From: Eledone cirrhosa
Taxonomy: Eukaryota
Length of the DNA: 64,000 nucleotides
Direction of reading: 5' to 3'
Assembly: GCA_964016885.1 (NCBI GenBank)
Contig: OZ024756.1
Location: 39,990,001-40,054,000, forward strand
Below, piece by piece: positions 41,934 to 59,458 of this stretch; positions within the stretch are counted from its first letter, which is position 1, and each line of letters starts with the position of its first letter. A program made the position numbers and the translations under genes. The notes beneath the pieces were generated by a model. That model did no database searches. It was not told where the DNA came from and was given only the letters and a program-made list of their open reading frames with translations.

Positions 41934-42004
<71 letters not shown>

Positions 42005-42493
42005 ACATAAACATATTTAAACCTATTAATATATGTGAAGGGCTAGGGCCCTTGATACACACACATTCACACACAAGTATATCAATACACACACATACAT
42101 ATATATATACACACACACAAGTATATCGACACACACACACACACCCACAGACATACACAGTTTTTCAATACACACACACATACATATATATATACACACA
42201 CACAAGTATATCGACACACACAGACACACCCACAGACATACACAGTATATCAATACACACAGACACACACACAGACATACACAGTATATCAATACACACA
42301 GACACACCCACAGACATACACAGTATATCGACACACACACACACACCCACAGACATACACAGTATATCAATACACACAGACACACCCACAGACATACACA
42401 GTATATCAATACACACAGACACACACACATTTAAACCTAATAGAGCCCATCTTCTCTCCAGGTCTAAATACAACAGATTTATTCCAGAGAAAT

Positions 42494-42548
<55 letters not shown>

Positions 42549-43394
42549 AAGTGAGAAAAAGATACAGAGGAAGAATCGACCTCAGTATTTTACTGGTACT
42601 TTTTTATCACCTTTGAAATAGATAAAGTCAAAGTTGACCTCGGTGGGATTTGAACTCAGAGATTAGAACCGAATACCGCAAGGTATATACTACCCGACGA
42701 CGTTCTGACGACTCTGTTCGCCGTCTTATACGACGAACTGGGAATTTTGGCGGGAAAGCCTCACTTGTTGTGTAGTTAGTTACTATACTGATATTTATCT
42801 ATCTTTCCCTCTCTTGCTCTCTCTCTCTCTCGCATACATACACACACTCACACATACATATATACATACACTCACACATCACACATACAACATACATGTA
42901 TACATACACATATTAACATATGTCTATAAGTATCTTATATATCATGTGTGCATGTATATTGTGTGTGTGTATGTATATCATGTGTGCATGTATATTGTGT
43001 GTGTGTATGTATATCGTGTGTGCATGTATATTGTGTGTGTGTATGTATATCGTGTGTGTATGTAAATTTACTAAAACTTGCCATATGTGTAGTCAATAAA
43101 TATTCAACATTTAATGTTTTGACTTATATTCTCCAGTCGTTGTATAACTCTCCTTGTTGACAGACTCTAAACTCCCAGCGCCCTCTTGTGGCTAACATGT
43201 TTACTGTTTATGCTAATTAGGAAGGGTTTGTTTTCAAAAAGGACTTAAATATCAGAAGATGTTAACACAGCTCGAAATAACTGTTGGTATTATATGATAT
43301 GGCTTTCAGTTTTGTGTTGGTTGTATGTTAATAACTTGTTATGTCTTTGACTTCCTGATGTTGGACTACACCCTCTCTCTTGGCGCCACAGACC

Positions 43395-44120
43395 CCACCC
43401 GGCACCCTGCCTTCAACGATGTCATTAAAAGGGGCCTCGGAGCAGAAGATTTCCCTTGTCACAACTGGAGCTTGCCAAGCCTCGACCGTGGTGATGATAA
43501 GCGCCTAGACTCGGGGCCTATGAGAGTCACTATTATGAACAAGTGCCCATAGTATCGGAGCTGTGATCTCTCAATTAGGAGAAGTAGTGGCTCTACCTGG
43601 AGTGACTCTCTCATCTCTGAGCTACAGATCCTTGACTGTGGTGATGGTAAGCGCCTAGACTCAGGGCCTATGAGAGGGGGGTGGGGTCCAGTCGTACTTT
43701 GTTCTAGGTCCCAAGAGTTAAGAAGGTTCCACAACAACCATGCAACATCCATTTTGAGAAAAAACTTTGCCTGCTTCGGCCCCCAAAGGGGTCTTGTATC
43801 GCCTTGCAAAATTCCTCTCGGAGGCCCTACCTAGACAAGACGAGTTAACCCTCTTCTCGTTCAAGGAAGGTAAATCTCTAACCTGGAACATTACGTACTA
43901 CGGCGACATGCTCCCCGGCCCCTCCAGTCTTATCATTTCGGTCACAAACCCGGAGGCGAAGACAATAGCCAAACACCAGGACTTGACCCAACCGCTTTTT
44001 TTTTCATGTCGGTTATCGTTCCCGAACTGTCTCTTCCCCCTCAAAAGTGGATGAAGGGAATCCCTCTTCAGGAAGGAACCTGCGAGATAAAGTGGCTGAG
44101 GTAGTGTGTGCCGCTGGCTG
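43395..44120 (+). mobile_element. Degenerate CRE-like non-LTR REL-endonuclease fragment, interrupted by other repeats
   Basis: RHPAFNDVIKRGL...LDRGDDKRLD and FKEGKSLTWNIT resemble RH..LND...R.DGKRPDG..W..GK.L.WD.T. Confidence 0.6.
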
Positions 44121-44557
44121 AGATATACCACCTAGACTGTGATGAAGAGTTTGACACTTCTTACACCCCCTTTCCCTTTACTTTCACTATTTTTTTTCTA
44201 TTTATTTTTCGTTTTTTTTTGTTTCTATTTAATATTGAGCTAGTTCATGGCTATATACTCCAACGCCCTTACGATTTTCCCAGTTGCAAATGTATCCCAG
44301 CATGACCGCAGTGTAAATATGGAAACCAGTAAAAAAAAAAAGGAGAGAGAGCTTTAACACCAACCTAAATAATGTTTTAATAGAGGAAGTGTTGTGTCTA
44401 CAGAGACACGTTAATTCGCCATTAATATAAAGGAATTTATTATCCCAACATTTGTTTAAACAGATGTGTGAAATATATATTTGTTGTTAACCTACATAAA
44501 TGTACAATTATATTAGCTACACTTAAACAGGAATCCATCAGTCATCCAGACTAATTC

Positions 44558-45060
44558 TTAGCCCTATCTTAAACTACTGTATTTAAGACATACTACATTA
44601 GCCCTGTCTTAAACTACTGTACTTAAGACTTGCTACATTAGCCCTGTCTTAAACTACTGTATTTAAGACATACTACATTAGCCCTGTCTTAAACTACACT
44701 ACTTAAGACTTGCTACATTAGCCCTGTCTTAAACTACAGTACTTAATTAAGACTTGGTACATTAGCCCTGTCTTAAACTACAGTACTTAAGACTTGGTAC
44801 ATTAGCCCTGTCTTAAACTACAGTACTTAAGACTTGGTAGATTAGCCCTGTCTTAAACTACAGTACTTAAGACTTGGTACATTAGGCCTGTCTTAAACTA
44901 CAGTACTTAAGACTTGGTACATTAGCCCTGTCTTAAACTACAGTATTTAAGACTTGGTACATTAGCCCTGTCTTAAACTACAGTACTTAAGACTTGGTAC
45001 ATTAGCCCTGTCTTAAACTACAGTATTTAAGACTTGGTACATTAGCCCTGTCTTAGCCCT
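44558..45060. repeat. 40-bp minisatellite with internal inverted repeat
   Basis: ATTAGCCCTGTCTTAAACTACAGTACTTAAGACTTGGTAC; GTCTTAA/TTAAGAC stem. Confidence 0.95.
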
Positions 45061-45138
45061 GCTATATATATATGTGTGTAGGTCGTTACATATCAACTTT
45101 ATATAACAGACTAGAGATTAAATTATATATAGTCTATA

Positions 45139-49256
<4,118 letters not shown>

Positions 49257-49399
49257 ATCAACATTAACTGAGAAAAAAACTGGCTTGTTTATAATCCCGT
49301 AGAGATTTCTCTCATTTAATATTTTAATATATGATATTGCTTCTCTGAGAGATCTGTTTCACTGAGATGATTGGGTATTAGTCACTAATTAACCTTTAA

Positions 49400-49460
<61 letters not shown>

Positions 49461-49795
49461 AAACAGTAACAAGAGCGATGCAATAGCCAAACTAATTGTT
49501 ACTGCATTTAGTTCCTTAATTTTTTTTTTTTTCCAGTCCTATTTTTTTCCTATTCTAACGAGGTCGACTTTGCTTTTCATCCCTCCGATGTCGACAACAT
49601 ACGATACCAGTAATATACTGTATTGTATCAATCGACTAAACGCTTTTTTCCTGCAAAAATTGGCCATGAGATTAGCGTAATATATGTATATATTAGTCTA
49701 TAGACATAATGTATATATATATGTATATATGTGTACGCATATATATATGTAAAAGGTAAACAGAAATAACACAATCGGTACAGTATATATATATT

Positions 49796-50232
49796 CTAAG
49801 GGTAAAATTCCCGAGATCCATGGACGAGTTCTCTCCAGCGGTCTCTGTCCCTCATTATCGCTGCCATATCCTGCATCTCCAACAGACCAGTGTCTGTCCT
49901 TAGGGCATCAACATACGTTAACCTTGGTCTTCCTCTTCTAGTGTGTCCATGTAGGGGCTCCCACAGGAGTACTGAGTGCAATGTCAACTCTGGATGTCGG
50001 TGAGCATGTCCAGCTAACCTCAGTCTCCTCTGTGTCACTTTTGAGCTGACTTTTGGGATGCTCCCATACAGCTCTGAGTTTTTCATCCTCAGTGTATACT
50101 GATTAATGTTCAGAGCCATCCTCAGCATTCTCGTGTAGCACCCATCCACCATCTGAGTGAGTTTCTTGGTCAGTGTCCAAGTCTCAGACCCATACAGCAG
50201 CACAGACTCCACAGCAATGCAGAGGCGGATTT
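49796..50232 (-). mobile_element. 5'-truncated RTE-clade LINE (RT thumb/C-terminus)
   Basis: ESVLLYGSETWTLT...YTRMLRMALNI...RRLRLAGH...RGRPRLTYVD, open to the stop. Confidence 0.85.
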
Positions 50233-50260
50233 GTTTTGTTCCCGTCTAATTTTGCACTAC

Positions 50261-50311
<51 letters not shown>

Positions 50312-50547
50312 CTGTCGGCGGTTAAATCTCAGAATTGACACCCAGTAACCCAAACGTTACCCCCCCCCCCCCCCCCCCGCCCATGTTGCTGTACAGTAAG
50401 ATATGGGCAGTCGACCTGGGGTTCACGGTTTCGATTCCCAACTACAGGTGTTCTCATTTTAGCTGCTGAGAATAGTACCAGGGTCGTCACTACATCCCAC
50501 AATCTTCATCACCCCCCCCCCCCCCACACACACACACACACTGTATA

Positions 50548-50627
50548 TTAGGTTGTAACATAAATTCCCGCTGTCTTTTTTTATTAAACAAATTATAACA
50601 ACGGCGGGAATTTATGTTACAACCTAA
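50548..50627. mobile_element. 80-bp mariner-type MITE (MADE1-like architecture)
   Basis: TIRs TTAGGTTGTAACATAAATTCCCGC / GCGGGAATTTATGTTACAACCTAA; TA on both sides (TSD). Confidence 0.85.
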
Positions 50628-52197
50628 TAAATTAACTTTGTTGACTAATCAACAAAACAAATAACTCATTGTTTACATATATACCCTAGTAACAGGCGCA
50701 CTGTTCCCCTGAAATAATACCCTAGTAACAGGCGCACTGTTCCCCTGAAATAGTCAACTGTGTACCCATGCACCCAAGCCAATCTAACATATCCGTCTTC
50801 ATTTTCATTATCCCTGCTGTGACAGCCCATCCCTGTCCATATATCCTGCACTAAACTTTCATTCCGGTACTGTAGTCTTCTAGAAATTCCCATTACTCGC
50901 CCTCAACCCACTATTTTTTCTGCAAACATCGACTCTCATGATCTGGCTAGATTTCCAAACCCTACTTTATATGGCACTGTAGCCCTAGTCCACCAGACAT
51001 GTGCTACAAAGTTTCTCAGGCCCTACTCTAAAAGGTCACTCAGGATTTGCTCTACAAGACCTCCAGGTCCTACTCTACAAAACCTAACAGGTCCTACTCA
51101 AGACCTTCAGGTCCTACTCAAGACCTCCAGGTCCCACTCTTCATGGCCCTCGGGTTCTGCTTCTTTCCTCTTTCACCAATAAGAAACATTACTTTAGTGT
51201 CATTTGATAACCAGTTGATATTACACCAGCTCTAGAAATCTACGGTCTCCGTATGAAATAACTAAGCTCTCAGCAAATTAAATATTTGTTGATATCTCTC
51301 CATGTATTTTAGTTCAGTTAAATGGCCGTAGCTTGACAGAATCGGTAGAGCGTTGTGACTAGTGGGCTTCCTGTGGGAGATTTAAAAAGTATTCTACGTT
51401 GAAATCATGCACAGCTGGACCTTATCATTTATATTACCCAGGTTAATAAAATCAAATTCCAGTTAAGTACTTGAATTAATATAATTGATTATAACCCCCA
51501 CCTCTCCCTGTCTCAAAATATGGATGTTTGTGCCAACTACGTTGAAACTCGTATTTAAGTGTACCTAGAGGGGGCGAGGCGAGCGGTCCGCTTTGCCTTT
51601 CATCCTTTAAGGGTCCATAAATAAAGTACCAGTGATGCACTGGGGTTAATTTAATCGACTTTCCCCTTCCTCAAAATTGTTGGCCTTGTGCCTAAATCAG
51701 AAACCAATATGTATTTTTTTTTCTTTCTTGTGGGAGCCCGGGGTAGACAAACTGGAGATCTGCCCCGGGGGTGGCACACCCTCTAGCTACGTCACTGATT
51801 TCACACACAAAACAAAAGAAAATCAGCTACATCTGTACATCTGATGTAGTCAACTACAAACTTTTCAAGTATTTTCAATATCTATTGTCTTGCTACAAAA
51901 ACCTTTTTTTTTCCTGCAATTGCTCAGAATTTAATCATCCCTCTTAACCGAAAACCTGTTTCTCTCTAACGCACACAATAATTATATTGTTCAACTGTCA
52001 TATTTCTAAACATAAAAATACATAAACGCACATTTATAATAAATATTTATATATATATATAATATATAGCTAAAGAATCATATATATGACTATACATATA
52101 TAAAGATATTACATGCATATACGCACATATATATTAACGGATGATCATACATAGATTTATGCACATGTAGCTATATATATATATATTTATATATATA

Positions 52198-52251
<54 letters not shown>

Positions 52252-52583
52252 AAAATTAAATTCAAACGCACATTGGCGTCCTGACATAAACACGCACACA
52301 CTCACATAACTACGTATATATTACACACTCACGTGTAATATATATATATATACATAGATATATGAATATATATACATACGCACACAGATTTGATAGATAT
52401 ATATATATAGACACACACCGCACCACACCACACCACACCACACACAGACTTTATATATATACACACACACAGATGTGATATATACACACATATATTTGCT
52501 ATATATATATATGTTTACCCCGGGTTCAAGCGGGGGTAACCACAGTAAGTAAGATACTCAATATATAGCAGAGTATAAATATT

Positions 52584-52687
52584 TAATATAGAAAGGCTTC
52601 TACAGGACTAGAACTGTTTCATTCGGGCTTCCTGATAATTTCTCCCGAATGAAACAGTTCTAGTCCTGTAGAAGCCTTTCTATATTA
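52584..52687. repeat. Fold-back hairpin, 44-bp arms, 16-nt loop
   Basis: TAATATAGAAAGG...TTCATTCGGG / CCCGAATGAAAC...CTATATTA; TA-rich flanks. Confidence 0.85.
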
Positions 52688-52948
52688 TATATATATATAT
52701 ACATATATGTATAACATACTATATATGTATATTTGTGTAAAAAGACTGCTAAAATGTTGGAAGTGAAACAGAATGACGTCACTTATCAGCCAACCTTGCC
52801 AAGAAAATGAAACAAAATATGTGAAACTAAAGGTAAATATCGATGAGGTCGGTCTTCTGTAACTCTATTGAATCTCTTGTCAAACTCTATTGATATCTAT
52901 GATACTATATATATATAATGTCAAACTCTATTGATATCTATATGATAC

Positions 52949-52995
<47 letters not shown>

Positions 52996-53214
52996 TAGCG
53001 AGAATCGTATTTCGGCTATTGGAAATTAGCGAAAAACAACTTCCGAGATGTGTGGCAAGCGCTCAATAATTCTAACGAACCAGAGCTACAAGATACGTTA
53101 AACGGCCAAACACACTGAGACGATGGTTAAACCATTATCCGCACAGCCATAGAAACGACCAAGTAATTCGGGTCAAACAAATAAAAAAATATGATTGAAA
53201 AATGATTTATATAT

Positions 53215-53331
53215 AAACAAAGGAATTGTGGTAAGGAACCACATGGACCATAACGCACCAGAGTACTCAATACTTAGTCCAGAAATAGCCGTCGAAACGG
53301 CTTGAGCTCTGGCGTCGGGGTCATACTTTTT

Positions 53332-53336
<5 letters not shown>
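53215..53336. mobile_element. Family B element (inverted 3' part joined to forward 5' part)
   Basis: Same sequences as the other three copies; TA-flanked. Confidence 0.7.
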
Positions 53337-53374
<38 letters not shown>

Positions 53375-53480
53375 GAAAACACAAGGTATACAATACAATG
53401 TTATATATGCATATCAGCAAATATTCAACACACACACATGCACGCGCGCGCATATACACATTTAAACGCGCGCGCGCACA

Positions 53481-53521
<41 letters not shown>

Positions 53522-53718
53522 TACTCAAATTTGAATTATGTAACTGATTATTTTTTTAAGCAGTGAGTGATAAAAATAATTATGGTAATGATGCTAATAA
53601 AGATGATGATGAATAGGAGCTTAATGCAGTCGTTGGTGATGATGATGGAAATAAATATTTACATTCCTGTTAACTTTATATTGTTTTATTGTTTTATTTG
53701 ATTATACGTGTTTCTTCT

Positions 53719-54000
53719 TATTATTATTATTCCTGAGAGGGTTGTAGGAGGGGAAGAGTCCTCCTCCTCCCCCCAGCGGGTCCTGTCAGAAGCAACCGTC
53801 TCCAACTGATCCGGCTGGATCCCCAAGCTAAGCTCATGGATGTTATCCATCTTGTTGGGAGTCTACCTCTGGATCTCCTGCCAGTTGGTTTTGCCTGTAA
53901 AATCTGTCTAGAGATTCTTTCCTGAGACAGTCTAACCACATGCCCTTAGTGTCGGAGCTGTGATCTCTGAATTTGGAGAAGTAGCAGCTCTACCTGGATC
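53719..54000 (-). mobile_element. RTE-clade LINE 3' fragment (same family as 29721-30080)
   Basis: VRLSQERISRQILQAKPTGRRSRGR. Confidence 0.8.
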
Positions 54001-54319
54001 TCCGTCGGAGATCAGAGTCTGTATGTATATTCCTATAGGAATATACATACAGACCAATGCTTATGTGCCATCGATATGCCATAAATCAGCCATTACATAA
54101 CATTTCATAGAGACCTGGGTAGTCTCCCTTGTCGTATACAAATTTAAAGGAATAAAATCGTAATTTATGTTAATGTACACGAGCACATGCCTACAAATAT
54201 CCGTAGCTAGCTGTATATGAGCTAGGGAGGGAGATTTGGAGGCATGAGCTTATGAATAATCAACAGTATGTCGTCACAGGGAAATATATTTTCAAGATAG
54301 CTATAATAAAAATATAATA

Positions 54320-54506
54320 TAATTGTTTCTACTTTTGGCACAAGGCCAGCAATTACTCAGTGCATTACTGGTACTTTATTTTACCGATCCCCGTAAGGAT
54401 GAAAGGCAAAGTTAACCTCGATGGGATTTGAACTCAGACCGTAAAGGGACATAACTATGCTAGAAAGCATGGTGTCCGACCCTCTACCGATACTGCCAAT
54501 CCACCT
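54320..54506 (-). mobile_element. tRNA-derived SINE
   Basis: Full-length reverse copy. Confidence 0.85.
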
Positions 54507-54870
54507 ATAATGCTTATAGAACACAAACACATATAAACACAAAAAGAAAAATTGGGGGGGGGGGGGATTCATCACCAAGTGCGACAATCAGCTGCACATC
54601 TCATCATAAGAGTTAACTAAACACTTTGAAGTAAGCCAACACACTCGCAGCATTACCTTGAGTGATGTCGTCATAGGGGATAAGATATGTTATCGTTGAT
54701 AATATCGGTGTGTTATAAGGGGAAATATGTTATATTGGATAAAGTCGATGTTATATGGGACAATGAGTGTTATTGTAGACTATATATATATATTTAATTA
54801 GAAGGTGAACAACACAAAATATAACTGACATAAAAGATATGAAATTTCATTTCATTTCATATCTTTTATC

Positions 54871-54956
54871 TATAACATCTCTATCTGACGACCGATCCAG
54901 ACGTATATATTATTATCGTCTGTAATCCAGAAACCTTTGGTAATGGAGTAGTTATA
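54871..54956 (+). ncRNA. Hammerhead-like ribozyme, family C, within element ~54796-55048
   Basis: CTGACGA 54885-54891; CAGACG/CGTCTG stem; GAAACCTTTGGTA; extended stem I TATAAC..CTCTAT/ATGGAG..GTTATA; base of stem II is degenerate. Confidence 0.55.
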
Positions 54957-56244
54957 TTTTGTGTTGTTCGCTTTCTAATTAAATAGCTCTGTTCTATACA
55001 TAGAGCACTCGTTTTTTCCTTTGCTTTTCCTTTGGAATTACGAAACATATAATATATATATATAGTTAGCAGACGTGCGTCTACATGTGAGAGCACGTAT
55101 CTGAGAAACTTCCGATTCCAGAGTCAGGATCGAACATTAATCTATCGTTCCTCGAGCTGATCGGCAGTGGAACATGTGTAATATGTAATTAAATACGTAA
55201 ATGATGCAATACTGATTCTTTGTTCCCTTTTAATATTAGAGTGTCTGTGTGTGTGTGTGCGTGCAAAAACAGTAAACAGAAACAACACAGTACAATGAAA
55301 AAATATATTAGTTTAAGGCTTGATATAGAAGGAAAAGAGTCTTTACCTTTCAGACACTAGTCCTTCATCTAGAAGCTGAAACAGAAAGATAGAGAATGAG
55401 AAGAGGATGGAAGGGGGAAACATTTTTTAGTACAGAAAACTCTTCTATATTCTCCAACTTGGAAAACTCCAAAACCTTCGTTGATATTTAATATATCCAT
55501 AAAAGGAGCGTGTTATCTGCAGACTACATTTATAGGATGAGGGTTAACAAAGCGGCTTGTGAAATTTTTGTGCTAAGGGAGATAACTTTTCTATAAAAAT
55601 GAGTTTTATTTATTTTTATTTTATTTTATTTTTGTTGTTCTTTCTTTCCTAAATGTTCTATTTCAGAAAATTTTACCATTTACCAAACCACAAAGGAAAA
55701 TGCATATTTTCTCCAATTTAGACTCCTCAAACGTCCATAAAACAGCCATACATATATTCTTTCCGTAAAACTTTATAAAATTTTGTTAGCTGGGTTGTCT
55801 TTCCTACTTTCATTTTATTCGCCCATATGAATGGGATAATTGAAAATATATATTATAATTGTATAGAGGCAGATTAGAGAATGTTAGATGGCGATCTCGA
55901 AAATATATGCGATAGCCAGGGATATTAGGCAGAGATGTAGTAAATATATATAACAAGAGATATTAGACAGTGATGTAAGAAATATATGATAACCAGAGAT
56001 ATTAGACGGCGATATAGTAAATATATATTTTCTTAACATGACAATTCTACTGATGCTGTCTCTCGCCCTGCTAAATATAATAGCCAAATTTATTTCAAAC
56101 ATAGTTTTGTACAAGGACATGCAGCTGTAGAAACCATGTCAGATGTGGAACTTGGACTGTTCTAGCCTCAGAACGTGACAACCTGTTCAACTTTTGCCAG
56201 CGTGGAAAGCAGACGTAAGAACGATGATGACGAGTTAGCATTTA

Positions 56245-56405
56245 CAGACCTGCCAACCTTGAAAAAAAGTGCCCTAAAACGGGGAGAAATGAGACAAAAT
56301 GGAGAGATTTTATATAATGAAAGCTATACCCATTTGGGCAAGAAACGATATCTCTTACCCACCTCAAAATGGGTGGGAGATCTCCCCGTCGTACGGGGAG
56401 AGTTC
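56245..56405. mobile_element. Second copy of the CAGACCT MITE (right TIR truncated)
   Basis: Colinear similarity to 10497-10659. Confidence 0.6.
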
Positions 56406-56439
56406 TGTATTTATTATAGACAACATATGTAACTGTTGA

Positions 56440-56612
56440 TATTAAAGTGAAGACCATGAGGGGAAGGGCTGACTGCGAGGTACTTGTCATCACTGGCGGC
56501 TCGCCTAACTGGTGATGCTCGTGAAGGCGCTTGGCTGTTCCAGCGCATTAGCCTCGCCATCATCCGAGGTAACGCTGCGAGCGTGCTAACTTGCCTCATT
56601 GAGAGGTTTTCT
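56440..56612 (+). mobile_element. CRE-like non-LTR retrotransposon C-terminal fragment
   Basis: TGDAREGAWLFQRISLAIIRGNAASVL matches the QR.S.AI.RGNA terminal motif. Confidence 0.75.
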
Positions 56613-56879
56613 AGTGCTCCTCGCGATATCGTTATCTTTTGTTCTGGCACTGGTTTGTTTGTCCACCCCTATCGCTTGCCTTTTGATGTATGTGGTCCAA
56701 GATGTGTGTATTACCTGCTTCTGTTGTTGTTTTTTTCTTTCTTCTCCTTTTCTTTTGTTTTATCTATCTGTAATATTATTTATACAATTGTGACTAAAAT
56801 ATCTTTTAGTCACAAGTTATAAATCTATAACGCAATGTTAGTGACAATAACATGACAATTATTTGGATTACTAAAATGT

Positions 56880-57528
56880 TTCGGGAGATGTCGTGACGCA
56901 GTATTTCATGTGATTAGACAAATCTATGAGAGTTTTAACAGCAGTTTCTGTCGAAATCCTGTGACATTTTTGGGGAGTTTTTTGTTGTTTTTTTTCCTGA
57001 TGAAGAGAAACTAAGATCGGATGTGACATTTTAGGGAAAGCGGTGACTTCCGGTAGGCAGTGTTAACCGGTGTAGTCCTGTTTAGTTAACAATAAAAAAC
57101 ATAACCGCACACCTTACAACAGCCGGTGTAGTCCTGTTTAATTGTTAGTTAAAACATATACAACACGTATCTTAAACACTTTACCGTTGTTGTCAGTTAA
57201 AACATATGCAATATACTTGGTCAGAGAAGTCATGTTTAGTTAACAGTTAAAACGTATACACCATACATACATCACCGGTGTAGTCCTATCTAGTTGTCAG
57301 TTAAAACATACACCACACACTTCACAACACTCTTCTTTGCCGGTGTAGTGGTGTTTAGTTAACAATTAAAACATACACCAAACACTTCACAACACCCTTT
57401 GCCGGTGTAGTCGTGTTTAGTTAACAATTAACTCATAACACAACACAAACAGTAACGATATAGTGAAAAGAAAATCCGAAACTAGCGATTCTTACCTATG
57501 TCGTAAATACAAGTTCGCCTGAGTTGCC
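56880..57528 (+). promoter_or_regulatory. Putative RECQL5 promoter/5' region with ETS-type site and degenerate ~55-65 bp repeats
   Basis: ACTTCCGG at 57046-57053; CpG-containing stretch; repeated CCGGTGTAGTC...GTTTAGTTAACA units at 57068-57430 upstream of the ATG. Confidence 0.45.
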
Positions 57529-57628
57529 ATGGATGAGGAGCGTATTTACCAGATATTACAGGATGTCTTTAAACATAAAAAATTTAAATCTGATCTACAG
57601 AGGAAAGCTATTGAAACTATCATTAAAG
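57529..57628 (+). CDS. RECQL5: RecQ5 helicase, coding exon 1 (MDEERIYQILQDVFKHKKFKSDLQRKAIETIIKG)
   Basis: gccATGg start context; peptide matches RecQ motif 0 (L..VF....F...Q..AI); phase-1 donor AG|gtaata joins in frame to exon 2 (G|GA AAA CAA GAT = GKQD). Confidence 0.9.
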
Positions 57629-59458
57629 GTAATATATTTATCATCTCGAATTTCTCTTTGAATAAGAAATAACAAACCAGAACTTTGAAGGTAGTTGTAC
57701 ATTACACCCTCTCTCTCTCACTCCAACTCTGGGTCTTAAGTATTTGGTTACAAAAACCTTAAAAGGTACCCAGTCGCTTTTAATTACCTGAACAATTAAA
57801 ATATATATTCTTCATATGAACAAAATGTATTTTTATTAATTTAATCGATCGAAAGAGAAATTAAAACGGACGAGTTTTTTATGGTTTAAAATAGTTTTAA
57901 ACAAAATGTTTTGTTATTAAATTAACAATTTAGTAGAAATATTGAAATTTTCCATTCAAACGAATTATATAAAAAACACAAGCTGACTGGCTTCATTTTA
58001 TGTTCTGTATCCAAAACTTAATGACGAAAAATTAATTTTATATATATAAATATATAATGATCGTCGCAATATTCCGTATTTTGTCGTCGCCTTTATTTAC
58101 AGTCACGTGTATCCATCTTTTAAATAGAAGAAAAAAAGACCCTAATTTGTCCGTTTCCCCTTTTTATTCGTACATTTGCTTTTCAAATATTTACAAGTAA
58201 AAATTAATACCAGTCATACGCTCGATCAGATGTCTGTCCCCTATATAAATCGATAGAATGACAGTTCAGTAACGTTTATTTTCACCCCCACTGCATTGGG
58301 GTGGGTTTTTATCGGTCAACCTTTGACTGTCTTCATATAACAAGTTGTGGTGGACAATAGACAAAATGCCGTTACCCTACATTCTGAGTTCAAGCCTCTG
58401 TTGTAATCGATATTGATTTTCGTCCTTTGGTAGAGGCGGTATCGATAAAATTAATCAGCAGTCAAGTTATTGTTGTTGTTATGTTTACATATTTTTTTAT
58501 AAAATAAATAAGTTTGTATTTGTTTTTCTTAGAGTTTCAAGTTTTGAAACATCGATCTGTTTCTTACCTGAAATATATTGTAATTATGGAAATTTTGATG
58601 TGTAAATATTATTATAATATTGTTTAGTTATAGGAGGCGTGAGCAGAATATGTTTGTTTGTGTGTGTGTATGTGTGTAATATATATATATATAAAATCAC
58701 AGTTTAGTGTATCTGAAAAAGACGGCCGGTTGAACAGGGATTTCGAGACTAGAAATAGGTTGTTACGTAACCACTACCATGCTAGTCGATACATCGATCT
58801 CCACCGATCAATTGACCCTTTAAAACGATCGTAAAACAATGAACTAACTATCTACCTACGCTTGACTTCTATTTTTTTTATTATTATTATTGTCTTATCC
58901 ACACACACTAATACCTCCTCAATACTTCGGAAACGTTTTGGTTGTTATTCCTAGAATATTTAGATAAATAAGTCGTTTTTATTTACCTAGGTGTCGAGTG
59001 TGGAAGACGAAAAGAAAAAAAAACAAATGGAAGATAATTTTCGTCATCTTTATATATATATATTTTTCTATTGCTAATATTAACATCTAACATTCGCAGA
59101 AATTACTGGTGGATGACTTTAAAACTGTATATCTCTGGGAATTATCTTGATCTGGACTTTAATTCGAAAAGTAGACAAACTCATCTAATTATATCAGATC
59201 GCTTCCTTATCCAGCAGACATATGTCCATATCGAGGACTAATCTAATGTGCCATATAACAGTAGGGTGTGAATAGAGATAGGTTTAGCTGTTATTTCTAG
59301 CAGGTTGAATGACCGTTTAGAGGTTCTTAGTTCGCTATTTTTGTTGTTGTTGCTTTATTTTTCCTAACCCACTTCCCTCCCCCGAGATCGATAAAGCAAT
59401 GACTATAGGATTAAGAAGTTTGTTTCGTAACTACGTGTTTTCCAGTTTCAGTGCTTTA

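Noticed and set aside
56997-57020. CTGATGA...GAAAC near the RECQL5 promoter
   Set aside because: No stem II or stem I can form.
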